From: Terrimicrobiaceae bacterium
GTDB lineage: Bacteria > Verrucomicrobiota > Verrucomicrobiia > Chthoniobacterales > Terrimicrobiaceae
Length of the DNA stretch: 63,065 nucleotides
Reading direction: 5' to 3'
Assembly (NCBI GenBank): GCA_041752695.1
Contig: JBGSVZ010000130.1
Location: forward strand, 1-63,065
A model generated the notes under the pieces. It searched no databases. It was not told the origin of the DNA and saw nothing but the letters and a program-made list of their open reading frames with translations. Positions 21,290 through 36,609 of the stretch are shown piece after piece. Made by a program: the position numbers and the translations under genes. Every line of letters begins with the position of its first letter. Position 1 is the stretch's first letter.

Positions 21290-23752
21290 TTATTGGTCAG
21301 CGGTGGGATCGGCTGGCCTGAGGCGTCCGGCTCTTTCGATCAGGGTGAGGAACTCGGCGCGATAGCTGCCGGGGTCAGCGCCGAGATTGCCACGGACAAT
21401 CTTCTGGATGTCGGGCCAACCCATGTCCCCGGCCGTCGGCGAGCCGCGCAGCTTGAGGCCAAAGGCCGCGACAGCAGCCGCGAATTGAAAGTCGGACGTG
21501 GCTTGGTCGAAGGCAGGAATCTCCGGGGCCGGGAGCGGAACCTCGATCAGTTTGCTCTTCTCGCCATTGGGTTCTTTGTAGCGGAGCTTGACGGTGAGGA
21601 GCTCTCCGGAGATCGGAGTTGGGATTTGGGAGTGCGATGTTCGGTGGTTCTCCTCTTCGCTCCGGTTGCCTCCCGTCAACACGTTCGACTGGCCAGATTT
21701 CAAGATAGTGCTCTCGCGGGGGTGTTCGGCGTTCGGCGTTTCGGCGGGCTGATATTTTAGGGGCTCCACGGAGGGCTGGTTCGGCAGCGGCTGTCCGGCC
21801 GGGATCACTTCATAAAATGCCGTGACGGCATGTCCCGCGCCGATTTCGCCAGCGTCTTTTTTGTCATCGTTAAAATCCTCCCTGGCCAGGAGCCGGTTTT
21901 CATAGCCGATGAGTCGGTAGCCGGCCACGCGGGCGGGGTTAAATTCGACCTGAATCTTCACATCCTTTGCGATGGTGAAAAGGGTCGCCCCCATTTGTTC
22001 GACGAGGACTTTGCGACCTTCGTCGGGCGAATCGATGTAGGCGTAGTTGCCGTTACCCTTGTCAGCCAGTTTTTCCATGGTGGAGTCCTTGAGGTTCCCG
22101 CTGCCGAATCCGAGGACGGAGAGAAACACGCCGGACAGGCGTTCCTTTTCAATCAGGCTGACGAGTTCGCTCTGGTTGGTGGTGCCGACATTAAAATCGC
22201 CATCGGTGCAGAGGATCACCCTGTTGCTGCCCTCCTTGAGAAAATTCTCACGCGCCAGGGTGTAGGCGAGCCTGATCCCGGAGGAGCCATGGGTGGAGCC
22301 CCCCGCCTCGAGGTTTTCGAGAACTCCGAGAATGCGCGCCTTGTCGGTCCCCGGGGTGGACGGAAGAACGACGCCGGAAGAGCCAGCGTAGACCACGATC
22401 GCCACTCGATCCTTCGGGGAAAGATTTTTCACCAAACTGGCGAGGCAGGTTTGGAGAAGGGGAAGCTTGTCGGGCGACTGCATGGAACCCGAGACATCGA
22501 CGAGGAAGACGAGGTTGGCCGCCCCGCGTTCGGAGGCGGGAATCTCGCGACCCTTGAGGCCAATGCGGACCAGCGCGCGGGAGGAATCCCACGGTGCGCG
22601 GCTGACTTCGAGATTGACGGAAAACGGCGCGTCCCCTTCCGGCTGCGGGTATTGGTAGGGGAAATAATTGAGAAGTTCCTCGGTGCGGATCGCCCCGGCA
22701 GGAGGAATCTGGCCGCCCTGAAGGAAACGTCTGACGTTGGCATAACTGGCGGTGTCCACATCGATGGAAAAGGTAGAGAGCGGATTATCCTTCGTCGCAA
22801 GGAAGACGTTCTCTTCGATCGCGTCGTAAGTTTCGGTGTTGGATCGCTCAGAGTTTTCCGACTCGCCCACCAGCCGAACTGTCGCTTGGACCCCCGACAC
22901 GCTGGTCACGGAGTGGGAAGTCCTGAGGTCCTTCCCCGCCATCTCCCCTGGACGAAAAAGACGGCCTGCCAGAGGGATATCCCCACGCAATCGCACTCCC
23001 GTTCCGGCGCTTGCCAACGATGCGCCACCCTCCTGGCCGGCACCGACTTTGGGCCGGGGCATCGCGGCGTTTCCGGAGACAAACCTGGCCGTTTCTCCCG
23101 CCGCCTGAATCGGCGTTTCCGGGACCACGCCATTCTTGAGGCTGCTGGCCGTTTGGGCGTCATTGGCCGCCAGGAGTTCTGCAATTTGCTTTTGCAACTG
23201 CGGCGCGGGAGAAGCTGCTACGGTCAAGAGAACGCCAACTTCGTCGTCACCGATCCGGTTCGCGGCGAAACCCATCGGAGGAGCGGGTGTGAGCGGTGAG
23301 GACGACGGCGGGGCTGGGTCAGAATTCGGCGCGGATGGAGGAACCAGAAGCGTCACTCGCGGGGAGGGTGCATCCGTCTCGAGGACCCGGGCAGTCAGTG
23401 GTGCGCTCGGGATTTCCAGCTTCACGGACCTGGTCAGGACAAGCGACGCCAACCCAACAATCACGGTGAGCGAGGCGGCCAGCGCTCCGGTATTTGTGAC
23501 GAACTTTATGACCTTCGCCTTCCGGCGGGTGGCGGCCGCATTTTCGGCAAAAGCGCGGCGCAAGGCGGAACGCCTTGCGTCACCGAACGTTTCGGCGGGC
23601 ATGGGAAAGCCGTGTAGGGCGTCGGCAACGGGGATGGTTTCGTTGAGTGCGCGCTGCAATTCCTCCGAGGCGGCGAGTTCGCGCTCAAATTCCTCACGTT
23701 CCCGGCCGATGAGTTCGCCAAGGGCGTAAGAGGTGATGCGGGGATCGTTCAT
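21290..23752 (-). CDS. Anti-sigma-like N-terminus plus VWA (YfbK-type) domain protein
   Basis: ITSYALGEL...ER..FE N-terminus, TM segment, [25 protein letters not shown] motif, [29 protein letters not shown] overlap with the sigma gene. Confidence 0.9.
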   Translation of the reverse strand: MNDPRITSYALGELIGREREEFERELAASEELQRALNETIPVADALHGFPMPAETFGDARRSALRRAFAENAAATRRKAKVIKFVTNTGALAASLTVIVGLASLVLTRSVKLEIPSAPLTARVLETDAPSPRVTLLVPPSAPNSDPAPPSSSPLTPAPPMGFAANRIGDDEVGVLLTVAASPAPQLQKQIAELLAANDAQTASSLKNGVVPETPIQAAGETARFVSGNAAMPRPKVGAGQEGGASLASAGTGVRLRGDIPLAGRLFRPGEMAGKDLRTSHSVTSVSGVQATVRLVGESENSERSNTETYDAIEENVFLATKDNPLSTFSIDVDTASYANVRRFLQGGQIPPAGAIRTEELLNYFPYQYPQPEGDAPFSVNLEVSRAPWDSSRALVRIGLKGREIPASERGAANLVFLVDVSGSMQSPDKLPLLQTCLASLVKNLSPKDRVAIVVYAGSSGVVLPSTPGTDKARILGVLENLEAGGSTHGSSGIRLAYTLARENFLKEGSNRVILCTDGDFNVGTTNQSELVSLIEKERLSGVFLSVLGFGSGNLKDSTMEKLADKGNGNYAYIDSPDEGRKVLVEQMGATLFTIAKDVKIQVEFNPARVAGYRLIGYENRLLAREDFNDDKKDAGEIGAGHAVTAFYEVIPAGQPLPNQPSVEPLKYQPAETPNAEHPRESTILKSGQSNVLTGGNRSEEENHRTSHSQIPTPISGELLTVKLRYKEPNGEKSKLIEVPLPAPEIPAFDQATSDFQFAAAVAAFGLKLRGSPTAGDMGWPDIQKIVRGNLGADPGSYRAEFLTLIERAGRLRPADPTADQ

Positions 23753-24261
23753 GGTGTGGGCGCTCCGGCGTGTTTGCGGTTCCATTGGCGCCGGAGAGTT
23801 TGGATGGCATCGTGGAGCTGCACCCCAACGTGCGAGACACTGATTCGCAGAGTTTCACTCATTTCCTTATAGCTGAGTCCGGCTTCAAATTTGAGTTTCA
23901 CGAGTTCGCGCTGCTGGGGGGGAAGTTGGGAAACGAGTTGACGCAAAAGCGCCCCGTCTTCTGCGGCGACGGCTTCCGCGGCAGGCGAGGGATCGTCCGA
24001 GACACGGTTTTCGTCCACGGGATCCTGACTAAACCGGACGATTTTCCGGCAGTGATCAAGGGCACAGTTGCGACAGACGAAAAAGAGCCACGGCGCAAGT
24101 CGGGATTCGAGGGCGGCGAGATCCTGTTTGCTGAGGCGCAGGAACGTTTCCTGCACGGCGTCGCGGGCCGACTCGAGGTCCCCTGTGATATCCTTCGCGT
24201 AACTGATGAGTGGGCGTTCGTAACGCTCCAAAACTCGATCGATGAGGGATTCCGGTGCCAT
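23749..24261 (-). CDS. ECF RNA polymerase sigma factor
   Basis: ARDAVQETFLRL, WLFFVCRN, LPPQQRELVKLKF..GLSYKEM. Confidence 0.93.
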   Translation of the reverse strand: MAPESLIDRVLERYERPLISYAKDITGDLESARDAVQETFLRLSKQDLAALESRLAPWLFFVCRNCALDHCRKIVRFSQDPVDENRVSDDPSPAAEAVAAEDGALLRQLVSQLPPQQRELVKLKFEAGLSYKEMSETLRISVSHVGVQLHDAIQTLRRQWNRKHAGAPTP

Positions 24262-24300
24262 GGGGATTTCTACCGGGTCAACGTGGGGACGCGGAGTTTG

Positions 24301-25956
24301 TTAGGATTTTTTTCGGAATATTTTCCGGCGTGCGATGGCCGCGGCGTCGCGCACCTCCTCAACCCCCAGCAAAAAGCACACGGCGAGATAAACGAATCCT
24401 GCCGCGGCGATGACGGCAAAAAGCGCAGCGGTCTTTTTCCAGAACGTCGGCGAAAGCAGCCAGTCACCGCCGAACGTCAGGGCCACCCAGCAGACCGCGC
24501 CGAGAGCGGCGGACGCCAGCCCGCTGCGCAGGAACGTTCCGACCAGCCGGCCGGTGTGCAGGTTTTCTTTGGCCCGCCAGTTCATGAGGACGTAGAGGCA
24601 GAGAAAATTCAACGTCGCAGCAATCGCCGTCGAAAGGGCGAGCCCCCGATGGCCGAGGCCGAGATGAAAGATGAACAGCCAGTTGAGCACCACGTTGAGC
24701 GCGATGGATCCGAAGCTCACCAGCATGGGGGTCCATTTGTGATCGATGGCGTAAAAGGCCGGGGAAAGCACCTTAATGCACGCGTACGCCACCAGGCCCA
24801 TGGCGTAAAACTGCAGGGCCAGCGCGCTGTTCAGGGCGTCGGAGGCGTGGAAATTTCCATGTTCGTAGATAAGGCTGATAATCGGAAGCCCCAGAAAATA
24901 GAGGCCGACCGCGGCGGGCATGGTGAGGAAAATGGCTAGCCGCAATGCCTTCCCCAGCGTGGGGCCAAAATCCTCGCGGCTCGCACTCACCGCGATGCGG
25001 GAAATGACGGGAAGCGTGATCGTGGCTACGGCAACCCCAAAGATTCCCAGGGGAAGCTGCATAAGGCGGAAGGCATTGTTGAGCCACGCCGGCGCGGCCA
25101 TCCCGATCTGCATGGCGAAGCTGGTATTCACGAGCACGTTCACCTGCACGGCACTCGCGGCGATGACGGAAGGTACCATCAGCTCCAAAATTTTGGCCAC
25201 GCCGGAATCCCGCCATTGAAAATCCGGACGAAACGAAAACCCCACCCGGCGAAGGGAGGGCAGTTGGACGATGAGTTGGAGAAATCCGCCGATGAGCGTG
25301 CCAATCGCCAGGCCCAGCAGGGCGCGCTGCCCGAAAGGCAGGCCGGGCAGCGAAGCATCCCCCTTTTGGAAGCGGAGAATCTGATCCACGAAATCCGGTT
25401 CCAGCCACCAGGCGAGCAGCACACCGCCCAGGATGGAGCCAATGTTGAAAAAGCTCGAAGCCATCGCGGGAACCCCGAAGACGTTTCGCGCATTGAGCAT
25501 GCCCATCACCAGCGCCGCCAGAGAGACGAGCAGAATGAAAGGGAACATCACCTGCGTGAGCAGCACCACAAGCGGTTTCCAAGCCAGGACTTTCTCCGGC
25601 GCGCCCCAGGACAGCACATCGAACAGCGGCTCCGAGAGAAACACCCCCGCGATCGTGACCACGCTCATGAAAATGACCGTGAGCGTGAACATCTTCGAGG
25701 CCAGCGCCCACGCCGACTCCTCTCCCTCGGTTTCCAGCTTGCGGCTGAAGACCGTGATGAAGGCGGTGGAAAGCGCCCCTTCGGCAAAGAGATCACGCAG
25801 CAAATTCGGAATACGAAAAGCCACGATAAAGGCTCCCAGCCTTTCGCTGCCAAACAACGCGCTGAAAAGCACTTCCCGAATCAGCCCCAGCACGCGGGAG
25901 CACATCACCGCAATGGCGACGATACCGCTGGCTTTGGTGTTCAGCTTGTTGCTCAC
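24301..25956 (-). CDS. murJ: Lipid II flippase MurJ
   Basis: SRVLGLIRE, AFRIPNLLRDLFAEGALS, RLMQLPLGIFGVA; probable GTG start at 25956. Confidence 0.95.
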   Translation of the reverse strand: MSNKLNTKASGIVAIAVMCSRVLGLIREVLFSALFGSERLGAFIVAFRIPNLLRDLFAEGALSTAFITVFSRKLETEGEESAWALASKMFTLTVIFMSVVTIAGVFLSEPLFDVLSWGAPEKVLAWKPLVVLLTQVMFPFILLVSLAALVMGMLNARNVFGVPAMASSFFNIGSILGGVLLAWWLEPDFVDQILRFQKGDASLPGLPFGQRALLGLAIGTLIGGFLQLIVQLPSLRRVGFSFRPDFQWRDSGVAKILELMVPSVIAASAVQVNVLVNTSFAMQIGMAAPAWLNNAFRLMQLPLGIFGVAVATITLPVISRIAVSASREDFGPTLGKALRLAIFLTMPAAVGLYFLGLPIISLIYEHGNFHASDALNSALALQFYAMGLVAYACIKVLSPAFYAIDHKWTPMLVSFGSIALNVVLNWLFIFHLGLGHRGLALSTAIAATLNFLCLYVLMNWRAKENLHTGRLVGTFLRSGLASAALGAVCWVALTFGGDWLLSPTFWKKTAALFAVIAAAGFVYLAVCFLLGVEEVRDAAAIARRKIFRKKS

Positions 25957-26396
25957 GCGCGGGAGAGTTGCGCAAAGCGCGCGTCGCGACAATGGGAAAG
26001 GCGGGGCGCAGCGCGAACGGTCAACGCCCAAGTCCGAACTCCAAACAGAGCCCCACGACACTTTCGACGAGCAGACCGGAGTCGGTTATGAAGGGCCGCA
26101 TAAGGACGTTTCATCCCCGCGATCGCCGTCTGGCCCGCTGTCTGGCCGGACAACCCGGCGTGACGAACAGGCTCATCGCGCAGGGCGTGGCCTACGTTGT
26201 CGCGCTAATTCGATTAATCAACCATGAAGGGATTGACCGAAGGTTGGCGGCCTGAGGTGGATGGGGAGAATCCGGCCGGAAATTTGCTCAAATCCCTTTT
26301 CACCGCACCCACGCTGGAGCGCCGCCGCCGGGGATACCTCGACTCTTCCCCGCGAGGACTACAAAGCCGAACTCCGCCGCCTGGGGGAAGGTTAAG

Positions 26397-27635
26397 TCAG
26401 GGATACGAGACGGTCATCGGATCGTCGATCGCCAGAGTTACGGGTTGAAGATCCCGCGGACCCGGGGCGGTGTAGCGCACCCCGCGAGTGGGATTGTTCC
26501 CCGGACCACCGGGATTAAAAAGTGGCGAATACCCCTCGCCCGCCGGAATTTCCACCTGAGTCACTTTGCGTATCGCCTCTTCATCACCCGCCAGAACAAT
26601 GTCGATGTAGTTGTCATGATCTTCCACATAACAACCATCGTAGGTGTCCTGTTTCAGCCCCAGGTCGGCCAGCCCGATTACGCGGAGTGTGGCGCCATCA
26701 ATGTCATAATCGACGCCCGTTTCGGTGACCAAAATCTCGCCCGAATCCGTTTCGACATGGAGGCGAAAATAGCGGGCGAACTCTGTCGGCAGCACGCTGC
26801 GGACCCCATCCGGAGAAAATCCTCCGCTCGTATAGACCCGCAAACGATACTGCGCCTCGTCGCCATAGAATGTCACCCCGTCGTTGGGAAGTTGCGCCGC
26901 AAAGAGAGCCGGAGCCCCCTCACCTTCCACCGACATCACGCTCAGTTTTGCGGCGACCAGGCTGGGGCCCTTCAGATACGGATTGTTCTCCGCTGCGTTT
27001 TCCTTAACCAAGCCGACGGCGCTCACCGGACCATTCGGACCGACGAGTTGCAAGGGCGTGCCGTCCGCCACGACGCGCACCTCTTTCACCCAGACAGATC
27101 CGAATCTGCCCGGCGGGACGCGGTTGCCGAATTCGCCGAACATCACAACAACGTGCCGCTCGTTGTATTCCTGATTTGGAGAGATCGAAACGACTTCCGG
27201 TGTGACCACCTTGCCCGTATTGAGCACGAGCCGGAAATCCGATGGCTGCACGGTGCTGGGCAAAACAGGCCAGCTAAAAACGACCGGAAGCGCATCGGCA
27301 TAACGCACGGGGTACCCAAAGGAAAAAGCCACTCCGGAAGGCGTCGAAGAGGAGGTCAATGCCCTCTGTGCGGGGTCCTCGCAATCAAGTTTCTCCCAAG
27401 TTCCTCCTGCCGCGCGGACGGCCCATTGCGTGCCCAGCGGCACCCCAATGATATTTTCAAACGCATAGTTTGCGGAGAGAATTTCCGGCTGACCTGTCCA
27501 AAGATCCGAGTTGGTCAACACATCCTGCATCAGCGTCTGATAGCTGGCCGACGGAGCTTTGCGACGATCAGCCTGCCCCGGGGTGAGTCCGATCAGAAGA
27601 GCCATGACAGGGAGGAGCACTCTTCTCATGCCCAT
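26397..27635 (-). CDS. Exported hypothetical protein
   Basis: Signal peptide (MRRVLLPVMALLIGLTPGQA); ~410 aa with typical codon usage. Confidence 0.7.
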   Translation of the reverse strand: MGMRRVLLPVMALLIGLTPGQADRRKAPSASYQTLMQDVLTNSDLWTGQPEILSANYAFENIIGVPLGTQWAVRAAGGTWEKLDCEDPAQRALTSSSTPSGVAFSFGYPVRYADALPVVFSWPVLPSTVQPSDFRLVLNTGKVVTPEVVSISPNQEYNERHVVVMFGEFGNRVPPGRFGSVWVKEVRVVADGTPLQLVGPNGPVSAVGLVKENAAENNPYLKGPSLVAAKLSVMSVEGEGAPALFAAQLPNDGVTFYGDEAQYRLRVYTSGGFSPDGVRSVLPTEFARYFRLHVETDSGEILVTETGVDYDIDGATLRVIGLADLGLKQDTYDGCYVEDHDNYIDIVLAGDEEAIRKVTQVEIPAGEGYSPLFNPGGPGNNPTRGVRYTAPGPRDLQPVTLAIDDPMTVSYP

Positions 27636-27661
27636 AACTTCACCAGCATCAAGCTCTGGAG

Positions 27662-28636
27662 TCAAGGCAGGCCGGCGGATGACCCGCCATCTGCATTGGA
27701 GAAACCTGCCGCCGCCTTACGCAGCCGCTCCATGATGGCGACACCCAGGCCAATTTCGGGGAGCGGTTCGGCCACGATGCGTTCAAGTCCGGACTCATCC
27801 AGCCGGCGCATTGCGCCGTAAAGATTCGCCGCGGCTTCCCGAAGATCCTGAGTGCGGCTCAGGTGCTCCACCCGGTCAAAACCCGCGCCCTCGCTTCGCC
27901 AGGCCAGCAGACCGCTCCGGGGACTCGGAACCGGCGGCGTTTCCAGAATTTCCAACGGGGTCCGTGGCGCATAATGACTCTTGAGGGACCCTGGCGTTAC
28001 CACCCCGGCTGCTCCCTCCATAAGAGACCCATATTCGGCCAGCTGTTCGCTGGTGATCGGCCCGTGTCGCAAAATTTCCACACCCTGACTGTGAACAAAC
28101 ACGATGGTGGACTCTATGCCGTGCGCGCAGGGCCCTCCATCCACGATGAGCGGAATGCGGCCATCGAGTTCTGCCAAAACATGCGCTGGTTGCGTGGGGC
28201 TGATGCGTCCGAAACGATTGGCGCTTGGCGCCGCGATGGGTCGGCCAAATCCGAGGGCGATTTCTTGGAAAATCGGGTGCGCACTCATGCGGAGCGCCAC
28301 CGTTTGCTGGCCGTCGGTCACGATGTCTGGCACCAGAGAAGTGCGAGGCAAAACCAAGGTTAGCGGTCCCGGCCAGAAATGTTCCGCGAGCGCTTTGGCC
28401 AGCGAACCAGGAACGGCCAGACGCTCCATCCAATCCACGCTCGGGACGTGGACAATAAGGGGGTCACTTAGCGGACGTTCCTTCGCCTCAAAGATCTTTG
28501 CGCAAGCGACCGGATCAAGCGCAGAGGCACCCAGGCCGTAGACCGTCTCGGTCGGCAACGCGACAAGCTCGCCCGCCGCCAGCAACCGCACCGCTTCGGC
28601 GACGCCTTCCGGTGGAGGGAGAACGCGGGTCCTCAA
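27662..28636 (-). CDS. tsaC: L-threonylcarbamoyladenylate synthase (Sua5 type)
   Basis: PTETVYGLG, KERP..PLIVH, FWPGPLT, APSANRFG, GIESTI, PGSLKSHYAP. Start uncertain. Confidence 0.93.
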   Translation of the reverse strand: MRTRVLPPPEGVAEAVRLLAAGELVALPTETVYGLGASALDPVACAKIFEAKERPLSDPLIVHVPSVDWMERLAVPGSLAKALAEHFWPGPLTLVLPRTSLVPDIVTDGQQTVALRMSAHPIFQEIALGFGRPIAAPSANRFGRISPTQPAHVLAELDGRIPLIVDGGPCAHGIESTIVFVHSQGVEILRHGPITSEQLAEYGSLMEGAAGVVTPGSLKSHYAPRTPLEILETPPVPSPRSGLLAWRSEGAGFDRVEHLSRTQDLREAAANLYGAMRRLDESGLERIVAEPLPEIGLGVAIMERLRKAAAGFSNADGGSSAGLP

Positions 28637-28721
28637 GTGTGTAAACAGGCAACGACGACTGGCTGGGCCGTGCGAGATTCGATCTTGGGACGCCTGGGCC
28701 AACCGCCGCCTCCAGCAATCT

Positions 28722-29228
28722 TCATGGGTGCAACTGGCTTCCCAGAGCCTCTTTCGTCTGTTTCAGGCGAAAATTCGCCAGCGCCTTACCGACGGCCGGA
28801 TAGTCCGCCGCCAGCAACGCTGCCGCAAAAAGCGCTGCATTTTTCGCCCCCGCCACGCCAATTGCAAAAGTGGCCACCGGAATTCCCGCCGGCATCTGCA
28901 CGATGGAAAGCAGCGAGTCCATTCCGCTCAAGGCCTTGCTCTGCACGGGAACCCCCAGCACGGGCACCGCGGTCTGCGCCGCAACCATTCCCGGGAGGTG
29001 AGCCGCCCCACCCGCTCCCGCAATGATAGCACGCAACCCGCGCTTGGCTGCCGCCTTCGCATAATCCGCCATCAGCTCAGGCGTCCGATGCGCGGAGACG
29101 ACTCTGCATTCATGTGGAATATCAAGGACCTTAAGGATTTCCGACGCTTCCTTCATGGTGTCCCAATCTGATTTGCTGCCCATAATGACCCCGACAATTG
29201 GCGCAGGTTGGCCCGAAGTTTGCTTCAT
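28722..29228 (-). CDS. purE: N5-CAIR mutase
   Basis: [37 protein letters not shown]. Confidence 0.97.
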   Translation of the reverse strand: MKQTSGQPAPIVGVIMGSKSDWDTMKEASEILKVLDIPHECRVVSAHRTPELMADYAKAAAKRGLRAIIAGAGGAAHLPGMVAAQTAVPVLGVPVQSKALSGMDSLLSIVQMPAGIPVATFAIGVAGAKNAALFAAALLAADYPAVGKALANFRLKQTKEALGSQLHP

Positions 29229-29336
29229 GCTATGTGACAAATTTGTTGCGAGCGTCCGTTTGACTCCCGTCCCGTGTGCAAAAACTCTGCGTGCAGGGGC
29301 GGACTCTTCAGACCCTTAAAAGATTACCAGACGTAT

Positions 29337-29540
29337 ATGGCCAGAGGAACAGTAAAGTGGTTCAACGAAAAGAAGGGATTTGGATTCATTATGGATCCCT
29401 CCGTGAACGGGGACATTTTTGTCCATTTCTCGGCAATCCAGACCAACGGGTTTCGGACCTTGAAGGAGGGCGAGGAAGTCGAATACGAGCTCTACGAAGA
29501 TCAAAAAGGTTCCCGCGCGAAGAACGTTGTGAAAGTATGA
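29337..29540 (+). CDS. Cold-shock protein
   Basis: [24 protein letters not shown]. Confidence 0.95.
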   Translation: MARGTVKWFNEKKGFGFIMDPSVNGDIFVHFSAIQTNGFRTLKEGEEVEYELYEDQKGSRAKNVVKV

Positions 29541-29544
29541 GAGG

Positions 29545-30075
29545 GTGCTACCCAACCTCGTTCTCATCGGCTTCATGGGCTGCGGGAAGTCTTCCGTGGG
29601 TCGGCGTCTTGCCTTTTTGACCGGGCATCGCTTTCTCGACACAGACGATCTGGTCGTTCAGGCCGAAGGCCGGGGCATCCCTGAAATTTTCGCGGCAGAG
29701 GGTGAAAGCTATTTCCGCGAAGTGGAACAGCGCGTGCTCCAGGAAACGGTCGGCCTGTGCGGCATCATTCTTTCGACGGGAGGCGGGGCGATTCTCCGGC
29801 CGGAAAACCGGCAGACCTTGCGCCAGGTCGGCGTGGTCGCCTGGCTCGACGCGGACCCGGATATCCTTTTCGAACGGGCCAGCCGCAGCGGGCGGCGTCC
29901 ACTTTTGCAGACAGAAAACCCCCGTCAGGCCTTCGATGACCTCCTGGCCTCACGGCGGGAAATTTATACGGAAACGTCGGATTTCCGGCTCGATTCGACG
30001 TCCTTAGGCCACGACGAAGCTGCACAAATGCTGCTCGACGAGGCGATGCGCTGTCGGCGGCGTTTTGAATGTTGA
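29545..30075 (+). CDS. aroK: Shikimate kinase
   Basis: LIGFMGCGKSSVG, DTD, GESYFR, STGGG, RPLL. Confidence 0.95.
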   Translation: MLPNLVLIGFMGCGKSSVGRRLAFLTGHRFLDTDDLVVQAEGRGIPEIFAAEGESYFREVEQRVLQETVGLCGIILSTGGGAILRPENRQTLRQVGVVAWLDADPDILFERASRSGRRPLLQTENPRQAFDDLLASRREIYTETSDFRLDSTSLGHDEAAQMLLDEAMRCRRRFEC

Positions 30076-31140
<1,065 letters not shown>

Positions 31141-31146
31141 TCGGAC

Positions 31147-32391
31147 ATGCCAAAAAAATCCATCACCGACGTCGCGCTTGCCGGTAAGCGCGTCGTCATG
31201 CGCGTGGACTTTAATGTCCCGCAGGATAAGGCGACGGGCGCGATCACCAATCCCGCCCGCATCGCCGCCGCGCTCCCGACGATCAAATACATCCTCGACC
31301 AGGGCGCGTCGGTCGTCCTGATGAGCCATCTCGGGCGGCCCGACGGCAAGAAGGTGGAGAAATTCACGCTCAAGCCTGTCGCGGAAAAACTGCAGGAACT
31401 TCTCGGCCAACCCGTGAAGTTCCTCCCCGATTGCGTCGGGACTGAGATCGAAGCGGCGTGCGCCGCGCTCCAGCCCGGCGAAGTGGCTCTGCTGGAAAAC
31501 CTCCGCTTCCACATCGAGGAAGAGGGCAAGGTGAAAAACGAGGACGGCACCTCGACCAAGGCCGACCCGGCCAAGGTCGCGGAGTTCCGCGCTTCGCTCA
31601 CCAAGCTCGGTGACATCTACGCCAACGACGCCTTCGGCACCGCGCACCGTGCGCATTCGTCCGTCGTCGGTGTCGATCTGCCCGACAAGGTGGCCGGTTT
31701 CCTTATGCAGAAGGAACTCGACGCTTTTGCCGCGGTCATCGACAACCCGCAGCGCCCGCTCCTCGCCATCCTTGGCGGGGCCAAGGTGGCCGACAAGATC
31801 CCACTCATCCGCAACCTGCTCGACAAGGCCGACGAGATCATCGTCGGCGGCGGGATGGCCTACACCTTCCTCAAGGTCCTCGACAACATGCCCATCGGCG
31901 ACAGCCTCTTCGATCCCGAGGGCGCGAAAATCGTTGCCGAGCTCATGGAGAAGGCCAAGGAGAAGGGCGTGAAAATTCACCTCCCAGTGGATTTCATCTG
32001 TGCCGACAAATTCGACCCCGAAGCCAACACCCAGTCCGCCGACGCCTCCGCCGGAGTTCCTGACGGCTGGATGGGCCTCGATTGCGGTCCGAAATCCTGC
32101 GAGATCTTCGCCGAGGCCATCGCCCGGGCCAAAACCATCGTCTGGAACGGTCCGAGCGGCGTGTTTGAATTTGAAAAATTCGCCACCGGCACCAAAGCCG
32201 TCGCAGAAGCCGTGGCAGCCGCAACCGCTGGCGGAGCCGTCTCCGTCGTCGGAGGGGGAGACACGGCAACGGCTGCGAAAAAATTCAAGGTGGTGGACAA
32301 AGTCACCCACGCCTCCACCGGCGGCGGGGCATCCCTCGAACTCCTGGAAGGCAAAACCCTGCCCGGCGTCGCGAACCTCAGCGAGAAATAA
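31147..32391 (+). CDS. pgk: Phosphoglycerate kinase
   Basis: [44 protein letters not shown]. Confidence 0.99.
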   Translation: MPKKSITDVALAGKRVVMRVDFNVPQDKATGAITNPARIAAALPTIKYILDQGASVVLMSHLGRPDGKKVEKFTLKPVAEKLQELLGQPVKFLPDCVGTEIEAACAALQPGEVALLENLRFHIEEEGKVKNEDGTSTKADPAKVAEFRASLTKLGDIYANDAFGTAHRAHSSVVGVDLPDKVAGFLMQKELDAFAAVIDNPQRPLLAILGGAKVADKIPLIRNLLDKADEIIVGGGMAYTFLKVLDNMPIGDSLFDPEGAKIVAELMEKAKEKGVKIHLPVDFICADKFDPEANTQSADASAGVPDGWMGLDCGPKSCEIFAEAIARAKTIVWNGPSGVFEFEKFATGTKAVAEAVAAATAGGAVSVVGGGDTATAAKKFKVVDKVTHASTGGGASLELLEGKTLPGVANLSEK

Positions 32392-32397
32392 TATCAC

Positions 32398-33162
32398 ATG
32401 CGCAAAAAAATCATCGCAGCAAACTGGAAGATGAACATGACCGTCGGGGAGACCGAAAGTTTCCTCGAAGACTTCCGCATGGAAGTCGAGGACGTGTCCT
32501 CGGTGGAAATCGTCATCGCTCCACCCTTCACCGCCATCGCCAAGCTGTCCGAACTGCTTGGCGGCTCGCAAAAAATCCGCCTCGGAGCCCAGAATTTCTA
32601 CTTTGAGAAATCCGGCGCCTACACGGGTGAAATCAGCGCCACCATGCTGCGCGAGCTGTTCGTCAAATACGTTATCATCGGCCACAGCGAACGCCGGGCG
32701 ATCTTCGGGGAGACCGACGCATTCATCAACAAGAAGGTCCTGGCCGCCATCGCCTCTGAGCTCAAACCCATCCTCTGCGTGGGCGAAACTCTCACCGAGC
32801 GCGAAGCGGGCAAAGAAAAGGAAGTCCTCGAAACCCAACTCCGTGGCGGACTCGCCGGCGTGACCGCCGAGCAAATGCTCGACATCGTCATCGCTTACGA
32901 ACCCGTCTGGGCCATCGGCACCGGCAAAACCGCCACCTCCGCGCAAGCGCAGGATGCCCACGCTCACACCCGCGCCGTGCTGGCGGAGCTCACCGACCAG
33001 GCCACGGCCGAGAAGGTGCGCATCCAATACGGCGGCAGCGTGAAACCCTCGAACGCGGTGGAGCTTCTCTCCCAACCCGACATCGACGGTGCCCTCGTGG
33101 GCGGCGCCAGCCTCGAGCCCCGCGGTTTCGCAGAAATCGTCAAAGCCGGCGTCACGGAATAA
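32398..33162 (+). CDS. tpiA: Triosephosphate isomerase
   Basis: ANWKMN, GHSERR, AYEPVWAIGTG, YGGSV, VGGASL. Confidence 0.99.
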   Translation: MRKKIIAANWKMNMTVGETESFLEDFRMEVEDVSSVEIVIAPPFTAIAKLSELLGGSQKIRLGAQNFYFEKSGAYTGEISATMLRELFVKYVIIGHSERRAIFGETDAFINKKVLAAIASELKPILCVGETLTEREAGKEKEVLETQLRGGLAGVTAEQMLDIVIAYEPVWAIGTGKTATSAQAQDAHAHTRAVLAELTDQATAEKVRIQYGGSVKPSNAVELLSQPDIDGALVGGASLEPRGFAEIVKAGVTE

Positions 33163-33181
33163 ATTCCGGCTTTCAACTTAG

Positions 33182-36316
<3,135 letters not shown>

Positions 36317-36340
36317 AATCTTCCAGTTCTGAGCGGAAGA

Positions 36341-36606
36341 ATATCGGACTGACAGGATTATCCCGCGGACACGGGATCTGCATTTTGGCTCCGCTGATTC
36401 GCCTTGCGCTTTCGCGCAGGCCAGTCGAACTGCATTCTCATCCTGTGGGAAGGATTTGGTTTTCCTCCGGAAAAATATCGGGCTGACAGGATTATCCCGC
36501 GTTGCGGGATCTGCATTTTGGCTTCGCCAATTCGATTTGCGCTTTCGCGCAGGGCAGTCGAACTGCGTTCTCATCCTGTGGGAAGGAGTTGGTTTTCTCC
36601 GGAAAA
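36341..36606 (-). repeat. Two tandem ~133-bp RtT-like tRNA-linked repeats
   Basis: Anchor ATATCGG(A/G)CTGACAGGATT at 36341, 36475 and 36607 (periods 134 and 132). Minus strand reads ACAGGATGAGAA..CAGTTCGACT..GCGCGAAAGCGC..TAATCCTGTCAG(C/T)CCGA. Confidence 0.88.
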
Positions 36607-36609
36607 ATA

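Noticed and set aside
25960..26396. tmRNA, suggested by an ORF ending LAA
   Set aside because: No tRNA-like ends, no T-arm and no CCA terminus.
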